Counted from the whole stretch's first letter, positions 33,218 to 47,200 are shown. The stretch: 54,893 bases of DNA, filler included, from Malacoraja senta (GCA_038087875.1; 3 parts of 3 records of this genome joined end to end with filler, not necessarily neighbours in it), one strand, 5' to 3'. The notes: generated from the letters alone by a model not told the origin. Numbers and translations are program-made.

Positions 33218-35433
33218 ACCTGTCCAACTGTTTCTTAAACGATGGACTACCTCCTCTGGCAGCTTGTTCAATACACCCACCACCCTCTGTGTGAAAAATG
33301 TACCCCTCGGATTTCTTTTAAATCTTTTCCCCTTAACCTTGAACCTATGTCCACTGGTCCTCGATTCCCCTACTCTGGGTAAAAGACTCTGTGCATCTAC
33401 CCGATCTATTCCTCTTATGATTTTGTACACCTCTATAAGATCACCCCTCATCCTCCTATGCTCCATAGAATAGAGACCCAGCCTACTCAACCTCTCCCTG
33501 TAGCTCACACCCTCGAGTCCTGGCAACATCCTCGTAAAAATCCTGGCAACATCCTCAGCTGAAGTCCCTAAAGTGATGAGTAGTGATGATCAACTCCAAA
33601 CATTTCATGTTCTTGTTATTTTCTTTTATTTATGTATCTAATTTCAAATGAAAACATGCAGTTCAGCAGAAAAATTAAAAACAAGCTGCAGACAATGTGT
33701 TAAACAACATCTGCTTTACAAAACCTGATTGAGCAAGTCCCCAAGCATCGGCCCCCCCTCCACCACATTGCTTCCTGTTCCTTCTCTCCTCCCCATGTCC
33801 CCTTCTTGCTCCACAATATCAGCGCATCCCTCCCCCTCCCACACTCCCCTCTCCTTCACTCATCACATTCCCATCCCCTGCTCCCCTTTCCCAAACATTA
33901 ATCCTGCCTTCCTCTCCCACTCCTGAATGCCACCCACTCCAGTGTCTAATACCCTGACATTTTCCCACTGTCATGTCCTATCCTGTCATTCCCTCCCCCC
34001 CCCCCCTCCACTCCCCCCCCCCCCCCTCAGTCCCAACCGGTTTCTTCCCCAGCATCCCCAGTGCATTTCCAAGTTTATCTCCTGAAATGAGCGTTTGCAG
34101 TGCAGTAGCCTCGGATTGCCGAGTGAGTGAGTGAAAGACAGGGAGACTCCATTTGCCAACGTCAGCAGCTGCATGGCGATCTCTTGAGTGAATGTGGCGT
34201 GTGTGTCGGCTGGTCATTGCTGCACCTGTAATATACACAGGAAAGTCAGACATTGTGTGTGGCAAGGTGCAGCACAGATGGTGATCTGTAGGGACAGGCA
34301 AACTAAATAACAGAGTTCACTGCACCACCTGCTGCAGTGAACTCTGGGCTGGGGTCAGGGGTCACAGTGTGGGGTCGGAGGTCAGAGGGTGGGAGTCAGT
34401 GGTCAAAAGGTCACACCAGCACTTCCCCGACCTCAGGCCCGTCCTGCGCTGACCTCAGGGTCAGGGGTCAGCTGAGGGGAGTTAGAGGGCGGATGGTCAG
34501 AGTGAATGGCTTCCCCGAGATCACGACCACCCTGGTATCCTGAACTAGGCCAGAGTCAGAGGTGAAGTGGTGGGGGTCAAGGTTAAAAGGCTGGGCTTCC
34601 CAGACTGGTCAGGTGTCAGTCTGAATGTGAAAGGTCAGGGGTCAGCAGGTGTTGCAGTGAGTATGGGGTGGTTGAGGGGTTGAGGGTCGCTGCCGAGGTG
34701 AGAGGTCATTGCGGGGGAGGGGCAGTTGTAACCGGTTCCACTGAGGAATAAAGGCCATTCACCCATCAGCTGTCTACTGTCTCCTTCACACTCGCTCCAC
34801 CAAGCCGACCTTACTCTTCAAAGCTGAGCAACCATTTCTTAACAAGCAACACCAACTGCAAAGTCCATGCAGATTCAGATTCCATGGAAAGGTCGTAAGA
34901 GATGGGAGCTGAATTAGGCCATTCGGCCCATCAAGTCTACTCCGTCATTCAATCACGGCTGGTCTATCTTTCCCTTTCAACACCATTCTCCTGCCTACTC
35001 CTCATAACCCCTGACATCCGTTCTAATCAAGAATTTATTTATCTCTGCCTTAAAAATGCCGTTGACTTGGCCTCCATGGCCGTCTGTGGCAATGAGTCCC
35101 ACAGATTCACCACCCTCTGACAAAATAAATTCCTCCTCATCTCCTTCCTAAAGGAACGTCCTTTCACTATCTTCCACTAGTGGAAACATTGCGAAAGTGG
35201 CCTTTCACAAAGTAATGTAAATTTATTAAAGACGGATCAAACAAAGTTAGACACAAAAATCTGGAGTATCTCAGAGGGACAGGAAGTATCTCTGGAGAGA
35301 AGGAATGGGGGATGTTTCAGGTCGAGACCCTTCCTCAGACAGTCGGAGAGGGACTCGACCTGAAATATCACCCATTCCAGAGATGCTACCTGTCCTGCTG
35401 GGTTACTCCAGCATTTTGTGTCAATCTTCGGTG

Positions 35434-36579
35434 CCCTGAGCTGGTTCAACTCCTACCTCAAAGGTAGGAGTTTCTCGACTAACATAGGCAACACTTTCTC
35501 CTCCCCAGCTAATCTCTGCTGTGGGGATCCACAAGGTTCCATCCTTGGCCCCATTCTCTTCTCCCTGTATATGCTCCCCTTAGGCCAAGTCATTGAAAGG
35601 CACGGCATTTCCTTCCATTGCTACGCAGACAATACACAACTCTATCTCCCCCCGAAGCCCAAAAAACAATCAAATCTGCTTAACCTTACCCGCTGCCTCG
35701 AGGATATAAAGTGTTGGATGGCCCAGAACTTCCTCCAACTAAACGAGAGTAAGTCTGAGGTCATCCTTCTCAGCCCCTCGGATTCAATCAAAATGATAGC
35801 AGGCAGCCTTGGAAGCCTTACCCCACTACTCAAACCTCACGTCAAAAACCTTGGCGTGATATTTGACTCAGCACTGAAATTTGACAAACAAGTCAATTCC
35901 GTGGTAAAAGGGAGCTTCTTTCAGCTTCGGACGATAGCTAAAATAAAACAATTCCTCCAGTTTGATGACCTTGAAAAGATCATCCACACATTCATCTCCT
36001 CCCACCTAGATTACTGCAACTCCCTTTACACTGGCATCAGCCAATCTTCCCTGTCCCGCCTGCAACTGGTCCAAAACGCCGCAGCGAGACTCCTGACGGG
36101 CACCCGAAAAAGGGACCACATCACCCCGATCCTGGCCTCTCTCCACTGGCTCCCTGTGCGGTTCCGTACAAACTTCAAGATCCTCCTCCATGTCTACAAA
36201 GCCCTCAATGGGCTTGCCCCCACCTACATAAAAAGTCTTCTCACCCACCACTACCTCCAGGCCCCTCAGATCGGCCGACTTGGGGTTGCTGAATATCCCA
36301 CGGTCTAGGCATAAGCTCAGGGGTGACCGTGCCTTTGCGGTTGCAGACCCTAGACTGTGGAACAGCATCCCCTTTCCCATCAGAACTGCCCCCTCCATCG
36401 ACTCTTTTAAGTCAAGACTAAAAACTTATCCTGATGTCCTCTGAGTGAGGGCTACATGTATATATGTATGTAGTTTGTTTTGTTTATGCTATCCTTATAA
36501 CAAATGTAAAGCACTTTGGCCAACGAGAGTTGTTTTTTAAATGTGCTATATAAATAAATGTGACTTGACTTGACTTGAC
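35434..36579 (+). mobile_element. L2-type LINE insertion present in U1 only
   Basis: PQGSILGPILFSLYMLPLG, HCYADNTQLY and LDYCNSL motifs with a (GACTT)n tail. The empty site tcttcagtg|taaacc is at ~42863 in U2. Confidence 0.9.
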
Positions 36580-36961
36580 TAAACCAACATCTTCAGCTCA
36601 CATTGCCCAGAGCAAACAAACATAATTGGTGCCCTCCCCTAATTCCCCATTTGATGGTGCCCTCCTCTAATTCACCATTGTAGGGAAACAGGCCCTTCTG
36701 CCCTCCAAGTGCACGCTGACCATAGTTTTTGTAAATTGCACTGGTGTGCAGGGAATAGATAAGAAAGGGGAATAACCTAGTTAGCTTGAGTTAACGTACA
36801 CCCGTTGAGTTAAAGTCACCCGTTGGCTGACTTTCTTAACTCCAAAAGTGATTGTCGAGCATACTGAATGTGTGAAAGAACAATATGTACAAAAAGAACA
36901 AATAATAAAAATAAAATACACACAAGTTTGCTGTATTTCACACAATACACACACGTCGTTA

Positions 36962-37059
36962 CAAGAGAACCTGCAAACTTCACAGATCAGCACCTGAGGT
37001 CAGGATCATACCCGAGTATATGAGGCAGCAGCTCTACCTGCTGCACCACTGTGCCACCC
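36962..37059 (-). mobile_element. V-SINE/HE1-like head fragment
   Basis: The reverse complement reads gggtggcacagtggtgcagcaggtagagctgctgcctc. Confidence 0.7.
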
Positions 37060-37512
37060 TATTAAAGGGAAGTAAATATGGGCACTGACGGGATTTGAAC
37101 CTGTGATCTTTGTTTACAAGATGTTAAAGTTGGCACAGTTGCCTTACCAAATTGCCACAGTTATGATCTGAATCAGCACAAATTATACCCAGTAGTTGTT
37201 TTAAAATTTGAAAAACATCCTCCCACCCCCACTCTCAGTCTGAAACATATAAAATAGGTGCAGGAGTAGGCCATTCTGCCCTTCGAGCCAGCACAGCCAT
37301 TGAATATGATCATGGCTGATCATCTAAAATCAATACCCCGTTCCTGCTTTTTCCCCATATCCCTTGATTCCCTTAGCCCTAAGAGCTAAATCTAACTCTC
37401 TCTTGAGAAGGGTCTTGACTCAAAACATCACCCTTTCTTTCTATCCAGAGACGCTGCCTGTCCCGCCGAGTTACTCCAGCATTTTGTGTCTATCTTCGGA
37501 GTAAACCAGATA

Positions 37513-40500
37513 GACTGCAGATGCTAGAAAAATCGAAGGTAGTCAAAAATGCTGGAGAAACTCAGCGGGTGAGGCAGCATCTATGGAGCGAAGGAATAGG
37601 TGACCTTTTGGGTTGAGACCCTTCTTCAGACTGATTTGGGGTGGGGGGGGTGTGGGCGGGGTGGGAAGAAGAAGAAAGGAAGAGGCGGAGACAGTGGGCT
37701 GTGGGAGAGCTGGGAAGGGGAGTGGAAAGAGGGAGAAAGCAAGGAATACCTGAAATTGGAGAAATCAATGTTCATACCGCTATTTCAGGTAGTCCTTGCT
37801 TTCTCTCTCTTTCCCCTCATTTTCCCAGCTCTCCCACAGCCCACTGTCTCCGACTCTTTGTTTCTTCTTACCCCCACCCACACATCAGTCTGAGGAAGGG
37901 TCTCGACCCGAAACGTCACCTATTCCTTCGCTCCATAGATGCTGCCTCACCCACTGAGTTTCTCCAGCATTTTTGTCTACCATTGGTGTCTAAACCCATG
38001 ACTGTAAGCTTCAGGGAAGAGCATCTCGTGACTTTACCTGGTCTCATTATGTGACTCCAGGCCCCCAGTCATGTAGCCGACCCTTATCAGCTCTGAAATG
38101 GCCCAGGGAAACATCCAGTTCAAAAGCGGTTGTGGACGGGAAATAAATGTTAGTTCACTTCACTTGCACCTCCTCCAACCTCATCAACCTCAAGGTGTGG
38201 ACTCTTACACATCTGCGAGACCAGACGTAGACTGGGTGATAGTTTCGCTGAAAACCTTCGCTCAGTCTGCCTGGACCAACCTGATCTCCCGGTTGCCAAA
38301 CACTTTAATTCCCCATCGCATTCCCACATTGACCTTTCTGTCCTGGGCCCCCTCCACTGTCAGAGTGAGATGAAACACAAATTGGAGGAACAGCGTCTCA
38401 TATTTCACTTGGACAGCTTACAACCCAGCAGTATGAATATTGATTTCATGAATTGTTTCCATGTCCCAGCTACACTAGTCCCACCTGCCTGTGTTTGGCC
38501 CACATCCTTCCAACCCTGTCCTATCAATGTACCTGTCCAACTGTTTCTTAAATATTGGGATAGTCCGAGCCACAACTACCTCCTCCCGCAGCTCATTCCA
38601 TACAGCCACCACCCTCTATGTGGAAAAGTTACCCCTCAGATTCCAATTCAATCTTTTCCCCTTCACCTTGAACCTATGTCCTCTGGTCCTCGATTCCCCT
38701 ACTCTGGGCAAAAGACTCTGTGCATCTACCCGATCTATTCCTCTCATGGTTTTGTACACCTCTATAAGGTCACCCCTCATCTTCCTGCGCTCCAAGGATT
38801 AGAGTCCCAGCATACTCAACCTTTCCCTATAGCCGACCCTGAAATCCTGGCAACATCCTCATGAATCTTCTCCGTACCCTTTCCAGCTTGTTGACATCTT
38901 CCCAATAACATGGTGCCCAGAACTGAACACAATACTCTAAATGTGGTCCCATCAATGACTTATATAATAGACAATAGATAATAGGTGCAGGAGTAGGCCA
39001 TTCGGCCCTTCGAGTCAGCACCGCCATTCAATGTGATCATGGCTGATCATCCACAATCAGGAGCCCGTTCCAGCCTCCTCCCCATATCCCCTGACTCCGC
39101 TATCTTTAAGAGCCCTATCTAGCTCTCTCTTGAAAGTATCCAGAGAACCTGCCTCCACCGCCCTCTGAGGCAGAGAATTCGCACATGACCTCTCAACTTC
39201 TATACTCAATACTCAGACTGATGAAACCCATTGTGTCAAAAGTCTTTTTGACCACCCTATCTACCTGTGACTCCACCTTCAAGGAACCATGCACCTGTAC
39301 TCCTGGATCCCTCTGCTCTACAACACTCCCCGGAGGCCTACCATTGTCTGGTCATGTCCCCAATGTCTTTTCCCCGAGGTGTGTTCCTCCAATACCCGGC
39401 CCCGTGGGATTTCCTGCAATGTCTGGCCCTCGGACTTACGCCTTTTGGATCAGGTGCTGGTGTTGACTCTTCAGTATCTGTTGTATCCTGTTCTGAACCT
39501 GTCCATGTACTCCTCGCCTGATGCGTTTTAGCCCAATATCTGGTGTATTTGGTGCACTCATAGAGTCATAGATTAATACAGTGTGGAAACAGGCCCTTCA
39601 GCCCAACAGGCCCACACCGGCCATCAATGTCCCAGCTACCCTAGTCCAACTTGCCTGCACTTGGTCCATATCCCTCCAAACCTGTCATCTTGGGGAACCC
39701 CTGCTAACCAGCAGCCGTCCGTTAATTTCACTTTTTGCTTTAGTTTTTAGTTAACTATGTCTGTCTTTCCTGGGGAATTTGAATTTTCTTGTGGGGGGGG
39801 GGTAATGGGGGAAACTATATTTAGGTCCCTACCTTGTCGGTGAGGCGGCTTTTTTCCAGGCTGCCCCGTCGACCCGTCCTTGCGGCCTACCAGCGATCCT
39901 GGAGCGGCGTTTCCTGGCGGGGACCGCCTCGCACCTTCAGCTTTGGTGGCGGCACAGTGCTGGAGCGCTATTGCGGAGCGGAGCGGGCGATACCTTGCCT
40001 GGGTCGCCGCGCTGGATCGATGCGCTGGAGTTCCAGTGAGCTGCGACCGCCGAGCTCAACAACTCCGGGCTGCGGGACTTGCGGAGCGACCAGCCGCGGG
40101 CGGCGGCGCCGACTCCAACATCGGGAGCCTCTGAGCTCCAAATCGGCGCGGCCTTGTTGGCTTCAGGTGCCACGGACTCCAATAGGAGATTAGCTGTTCC
40201 AGCCGCTGCGAGGACTCTCCCGACACCGGGGCAACTGCACCCGGCGAGAACGGCCAGGAACATCGGGCTTCCGTAGAGGCAACTGTGGAGGCCTCAATAT
40301 GCCGTCTTTGGGAGAACTGGGGTTGGGGACTGGACATTGTGCCTTCCCCCACAGTGGTAATCATTGTGGGGGATGATTTTTGTGTGTGTGTAAATGTTAA
40401 TTGATTGTTTTACTTTATGTCCAAGATGGCTGCCGGAAGGGGGAGTGGACGTTGGCGCGTATTAGCAACCGCTGCTCTCTCTTCCATACTGTGTTTTTGA

Positions 40501-43277
40501 TTTTTGTGTTCGGATTGAATTCTGTTTTTATTTGTGTACTTGTGATGTCTTTACTATTTATTTTTTTCTGCTTACATGTTTCTACTGTAAAATCTGTAAG
40601 GTGTCCTTGAGATTTGAAAGGCGCCCATGAATAAAATGTATTATTATTATTATTATTATTACCTGTCCAACTGTTTCTTAAACGATGGACTACCTCCTCT
40701 GGCAGCTTGTTCAATACACCCACCACCCTCTATGTGAAAAATGTACCCCTCGGATTTCTTTTAAATCTTTTCCCCTTCACCTTGAACCCATGTCCACTGG
40801 TCCTCGATTCCCCTACTCTGGGTAAAAGACTCTGTGCATCTACCCGATCTATTCCTCTTATGATTTTGTACACCTCTATAAGATCACCCCTCATTCTCCT
40901 ATGCTCCATAGAATAGAGACCCAGCCTACTCCACCTCTCCCTGTAGCTCACACCCTCGAGTCATGGCAACATCCTCGTAAAAATCCTGGCAACATCCTCA
41001 GCTGAAGTCCCTAAAGTGATGAGTAGTGATGATTAACTCCAAACATTTCAAGTTCTTGTTATTTTCTTTTATTTATGTATCTAATTTCAAATGAAAACGT
41101 GCAGTTCAGCAGAAAAATTAAGAACAAGCTGCAGACAATGAGTTAAACAACATCTGCTTTACAAAATCTGATTGAGCAAGTCCCCAAGCATCGGCCCCCC
41201 CTCCACCACATTGCTTCCTGTTCCTTCCCATGTCCCCTTCTTGCTCCACAATATCAGCGCATCCCTCCCCCTCCCACACTCCCATCTCCTTCACTCATCA
41301 CATTCCCATCCCCTGCACCCCTTTCCCAAACATTAATTCTGCCTTCCTCTCCCACTCCTGAATGCCACCCACTCCAGTGTCTCATACCCTGACATTTTCC
41401 CACTGTAATGTCCTATCCTGTCATTTCCTCCCCCTCCCCCCCCCCCCCTCAGTCCCAACCGGTTTCTTCCCCAGCCCCCAGTGCATTTCCAAGTTTATCT
41501 CCTGAAATGAGCGTTTGCAGTGCAGTAGCCTCGGATTGCCGAGCGAGTGAGTGAAAGACAGGGAGACTCCATTTGCCAACGTCAGCAGCTGCATGGCGAT
41601 CTCTTGAGTGAATGTGGCGTGTGTGTCGGCTGGTCATTGCTGCACCTGTAATATACACAGGAAAGTCAGACATTGTGTGTGGCAAGGTGCAGCACAGATG
41701 GTGATCTGTAGGGACAGGCAAACTAAATAACAGAGTTCACTGCACCACCTGCTGCAGTGAACTCTGGGCTGGGGTCAGGGCTCAGGGGTCACAGTGTGGG
41801 GTCGGAGGTCAGAGGGTGGGAGTCAGTAGTCAAAAGGTCACACCAGCACTTCCCCAACCTCAGGCCCGTCCTGCGCTGACCTCAGGGTCAGGGGTCAGCT
41901 GAGTGGAGTTAGAGGGCAGGGGGTCAGAATGAATGGCTTCCCCGAGATCACGACGACCCTTGTATCCTGAACTAGGCCAGGGTCAGAGGTGAAGTGGTGG
42001 GGGTCAAGGTTAAAAGGCTGGGCTTACCCGACTGGTCAGGTGTCAGTCTGAATGTGAAAGGTCAGGGGTCAGCAGGTGTTGCAGTGAGATTGGGGGGTGG
42101 TTTCGGGGTTGAGGGTCACTGCCAAGGTGAGAGGTCAGTGCGGGGGAGGTGCAGTTGTAACAGGTTCCACTGAGGAAAAAAGGCCATTCACCCATCAGCC
42201 GTCTACTGTCTCCTTCACACTCGCTCCGCCAAGCCGGCCTTACTCTTCAAAGCTGAGCAACCATTTCTTAACAAGCAACACCAACTGCAAAGTCCATGCA
42301 GATTCAGATTCCACGGAAAGGTTGTAAGAGATAGGAGCTGAATTAGGCCATTCGGCCCATCAAGTCTACTCCGTAATTCAATCACGGCTGGTCTATCTTT
42401 CCCTTTCAACACCATTCTCCTGCCTACTCCTCATAACCCCTGACATCCGTTCTAATCAAGAATTTATTTATCTCTGCCTTAATAAGGCCATTGACTTGGC
42501 CTCCATGGCGGTCTGTGGCAATGAGTCCCACAGATTCACCACCCTCTGACTAAATAAATTCCTCCTCATCTCCTTCCTAAAGGAACGTCCTTTCACTATC
42601 TCCCACTAGTGGAAACATTGCGAAAGTGGCCTTTCACAAAGTAATGTAAATTTATTAAAGACGGATCAAACAAAGTTAGACACAAAAATCTGGAGTAACT
42701 CAGAGGGACAGGTAGTATCTCTGGAGAGAAGGAATGGGGGATGTTTCAGGTCGAGACTCTTCCTCAGACAGTCGGGAGAGGGTCTCGACCTGAAACATCA
42801 CTCATTCCAGAGATGCTGCCTGTCCTGCTGGGTTACTCCAGCATTTTGTGTGTATCTTCAGTGTAAACCAGCATCTACAGCTCACAGTGCCCAGAGCAAA
42901 CACACATAATTGATGGTACCCTCCCCTAATTCTCCACTGTAGAGAAACAGGCCCTTCTGCCCTCCAAGTGCATGCTGACCATAGTTTTTGTAAATTACTC
43001 TGTTGTGCAGGGAATAGATAAGGAAGTGGGATAACCTAGTTAGCTTGAGTTAACGTACAAACACGTATGTCTTTGAGATGTGGGAGGAAACCAGAGCACC
43101 TGGACAAATCATCATCATCATCGGCGGTCACTCGAAACGAGTATGACTGCCCTCTCCTCTCCATAGGGTCGTCCACTTGTGGGTCTGCACAAATTATACC
43201 CAGTAGTTGTTTTAAAATTTGAAAACATCCTCCCACCCCCACTCTCAGTCTGAAACATATAAAATATTTGCAGGAGT
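37513..43277 (+). repeat. Tandem segmental duplication unit U2 (ends at the gap)
   Basis: Colinear with U1. Confidence 0.92.
37890..37917 (+). ncRNA. Second hammerhead-like core (N7 = G variant)
   Basis: CTGAGGA-A-GGGTCTCGACCC-GAAAC-GTC. It differs from 30659-30686 only at the unconstrained N7 position. Confidence 0.5.
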
Positions 43278-43377
43278 NNNNNNNNNNNNNNNNNNNNNNN
43301 NNNNNNNNNNNNNNNNNNNNNTTAATTAATTAANNNNNNNNNNNNNNNNNNNNNNNNNNNNNNNNNNNNNNNNNNNN
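43278..43377. other. Scaffold gap with artificial linker
   Basis: 44 N + TTAATTAATTAA + 44 N. Confidence 0.95.
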
Positions 43378-43499
43378 CAGAGTGAGCAGTAAACTCCGGA
43401 GCAGTGTGGAGGAATGGACCAGCGGGGTGGAGGTTGTGTGCTCTGCCCAACGATCTCCATCATCCTCACCAGTGTCAGCACGGACAGAAAGTGCCAAAG
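43378..43499 (+). CDS. IgW: 3' part of an IgW C3-type exon (paralog b), truncated by the gap
   Basis: Reads RVSSKLRSSVEEWTSGVEVVCSAQRSPSSSPVSARTESAK G|gtgggc, homologous to the IgNAR C2/IgW C3 C-terminus. Confidence 0.82.
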
Positions 43500-43545
43500 G
43501 TGGGCGAGAGATCGGCAATGATACGGCCAACATTAGTTACCATGA

Positions 43546-43883
43546 AGTGCCTGTCCCACTTGCACGACTTTTTCAGCGACTGCCGGCACCCGTCATAGGT
43601 CACTGTAGGTCGGCGAAAATATTCAACATGTTGAAAATCCAGCGGCGACCAGAGAGACGCTACGATTCTTTGTGCGACTGAGGAGACTCACGACCATACA
43701 GGCGACACCTTGGCGACATGTCGCGGGGTAAAGCCTGCATGGTCGTGAGTAGTCGCCCAAAGAGTCGTACCTTGTTCTGGTCGCCGCTAGATTTTCAACA
43801 TGTTGGAAATTTTCGGCGACCTGTAACGACATATGATGGGTGCCGGCAGTCGCCGAAAAAGTCGCGTATGTGGGACAGGCCCT
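43546..43883. mobile_element. Harbinger-like MITE with long terminal inverted repeats
   Basis: AG(T/G)GCCTGTCCCAC... with >100-nt imperfect TIRs, flanked by TGA on both sides (43543-45 and 43884-86). Confidence 0.8.
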
Positions 43884-43925
43884 TGAGGAAGAGGGACTCA
43901 CGTCTACTTTGCTCCTCTATTCCAG

Positions 43926-44243
43926 TTGAAACAAAAAGACCCAAGGTCAGACTGCTGCCTCCAGGTCACCAAGAGACCAAGCGTAGCCACACAGCCACCC
44001 TCGAGTGTGTGCTCTCTGGTTTCTACCCGGACCTCATAAACGTCACTTGGGAGAAAGACGGAGCCCCGATCTCCTCCACCACCAGCGCTACACCGACTGC
44101 TCTGGAGCAGGGGGGGACTTTCAGTGCCAGCCACTTCCTGACTGTGAGTTCAGAGGATTGGAAGAAAGGCTCAGTCTTCGGCTGTACAGTGTCTCATCCC
44201 CCCTCGAACACCAGTATCAGCCGAGAAGTGAAAAGCTTTCAAG
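43926..44243 (+). CDS. IgW: IgW-like CH exon (C4 type, paralog b), right copy
   Basis: Acceptor ctcctctattccag| and donor |gtacgg; 318 nt, with two amino-acid differences from 20463-20780. Confidence 0.9.
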
Positions 44244-47200
44244 GTACGGTGCTGGGATTCACTCTAATCATCACATCTTTTACCCCGTCACAAAATAGGG
44301 CCAGGCAAGTTTAGCACTGAAGGACAGGTGTTGTAGTGTGTGAGTGAGTGAGTGATAACCAAGAGGCCTGGACTAGAGTCAAGAAGTCAAGAGTGTTTTA
44401 TTGTCCAATGTCCCGGACGGGACAAGGAATTTCTTACTTGCTGCAGGACAACAGAATATGTGAATATGTAAACATAGTGCATAACGGGGGAAGAGAAAAA
44501 AAGAAAAAGTTCAACAAATAACAAATAGTGCAAATAACAAACAATAATATAACCTTTTGCGGTTCAGAGCTCAGAGCTTATTCGTTGTGTTTAATAGCCT
44601 GATGGCTGTAGGGAAGAAGCTGTTCCTGTACCTGGACGTTACAGTTTTCAGGCTCCTGTAACTTTTTCCTGATGGCAATGGTGAGATGAGTGTGTGGCCA
44701 GGATGGTGTGGGTCCTTGATGATTTTGGCTGCCTTTTTGAGGCAGCGACTATGATAGATCCCTTCGACGGTGGGGAGGTCAAAGCCGGTGATGAACTGGG
44801 CAATGGTCACAACTTTTTGTAGTCTTTTTCACTCCTGGACGTTGAAGTTGCTGAACCAGGCCACAATGCAACCAGGACTAGGGCACAATGCTAAATATTT
44901 CTGTGCTTTCACAACTTCAGTTTATTCCAAAACTCCTCAGTAGCCAGGACACTGAGAAGACCAAGCCTGCTGTTCTTCAAAATTAGTGTCACAGGGTCAG
45001 TCCACTTATTGTTGTCGGCCCTCTGTGTGTGGCATCTCAGACTAGTTGTCTTGCTGCTAATTTGAAGAGTGGGGTCGAGTATTTGCACTTGTACAATTGT
45101 TTGTCGACACTGGAAAAGAGGTCCATCAGAAAGTCCATTGTGCGGATGGAGCTGGGTACAAGCGTGTTGGCATTGGAGTGATCATGGAGTCGTAGATTTA
45201 TACAGGATGTTAACAGGCCCTTCGGTTCAGCTTGCCTTTGCCAACCAAGGTGCCCGATCTACACTAGTCCCATCTCCCCGTGTTTGGCCCAAATCACTGA
45301 TCATCTCATGTTCATGTGATAGGAGCAGAATTAGGCCATTCAGCCCATCAAGTCTGCCATTCAATCATGGCTGATCTATCTCTCCTTCATAACCCCATTC
45401 TCCTGCCCTTTCCCCTTGACACCAATACTAATCAAGAATCGATCTATCTCTGCTTTATAAATACCCATTGAGTGGGCCTCCACAGCCTTCTGTGGCAATG
45501 AATTCCTCAGATTCACTACCCTGTGACTAAACAAATTCCTCCTCATCTTCCCAGAGGAACCTCCTTTAATTCTGAGGCTATGGTCCTCGACACTCCCACC
45601 AGTGGAATCATCCTCTTTACATCCGCTCTATCCAGGCCTTTCACTATTCGTCCTGTCCATGTACCTGTCCAAATAACTTTTAAACATTGTTATAGTCTCT
45701 GCATCAACTACCTCTTCCCGCAGCACATTCCATGTACCCAGTGCCCTCTGTGTGAAAAAGTTGCCCCTCAGATTCCCATTAAATCTGTCCCCTCCTCGCC
45801 TTAAACCCATGTCCTCTGGTTCTTGATTGCCCTACTCTGGATAAAGGAGCCCGGTTGTACATCAGTGTGTCTAACCATCTCCTGCACACTGTCAAATGTG
45901 GTTATCTCCTCTTGTGATATTGTGCCGATAGTAACAAGACCATGTTGTGGTTAGTTGAACAGTTGCTACTCTTGAGGAATGGGAATGTCTCTCCAGAAAG
46001 TCACTGCTATTCAGTGTCTCGTACAGACTGGTGTTCCAGGGTTCACATCGGTGCACATTACTCAGCCAGGGAGAGAACGTCAACTGAGAATGAAAATGGA
46101 TTCCAGACCAAATCCCAATCAAACATAACTTTTTGGTTAAACATAACTGGTTGCATCATGGCTTGGTTCGGCAACTTGAACGTCCAGGAGCGGAAAAGAA
46201 TGCAGAAAGTTGTGACCACCGCCCAGTCCATCATTGGCTCTGACCTCCCCACCATCGAAGGGATCTATCGCAGTCATTGCCTCAAAAAGGCTGCCAACAT
46301 CATCAAAGACCCACTCCATCCTGGCCACACACTCATCGGGAAGAAGATACAGGAGCTTGAAATCTGGAACATCCAGGTTCAGGAATAGGCATTTCCCCAC
46401 AGCCATGAGGCCATCAAACAAACTCTGAACAATAACAGCCTATTGCACTTTATCTGTTCATTTATTGTATATATATAGTCTATGGTCTATAGACACACTG
46501 AACTTTTATCTCCTGTTCTGTATTATGTTTACATATTCTGTTGTGCTGCAGCAAGCAAGAATTTCGCTGTCCTATCTGGGACACATGACAATAAAACTCT
46601 CTTGACTCTTGAAACATCAATTACCAAAGTTTCAGAGAACTTGCAGTTTGTATGAAAACATCTTTGTGTCAGGTCTGATCCTGCTTGAAACCTGCAGAGA
46701 CCCCACGAGATGCTACATGTGTGTTTGTGTCAATGTAACCTATCAATGTTCAATAAAGAATATACATGTAGTGTTGGTGTTCCCTGTTGGTGCGTTTTGG
46801 GAGGTGTTGCCAAGTTGGTGGGGAACAGGTGACCTGGATCTAAGATTGCAAATTGTCTTTCACTCTATACATTTCTACAGATTATGTAAATATACATGTA
46901 TTAGTCTCCTCCGTCCAAAGAATAGAACATTCTGAAGGAGGGTCTCGACCCGAAACATCACCCATTCCTTCTATCCAGAGATGCTGCATGTCCTACAGAG
47001 TTACTCCAGCATTTTGTGTCTATCTTCGGTGTAAACCAGCATCTGCAGTTCCTTCCCACACATTTCTGATGAACCTTTCTGGTCTTTAAAATATTCAAAG
47101 CTAATGAAGAGGGAAAGGAGTTTTGATCATCTTTGTGAATGCATTTGATAAACTCATTCAGAAAGAGGAAAGTTACAGAAGGAAGGGCCAGTGATGAGCT

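Larger units (their letters stand above)
30285..37267 (+). repeat. Tandem segmental duplication unit U1
   Basis: Colinear with 37513-43277, offset ~7.2 kb at the start. Confidence 0.92.
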
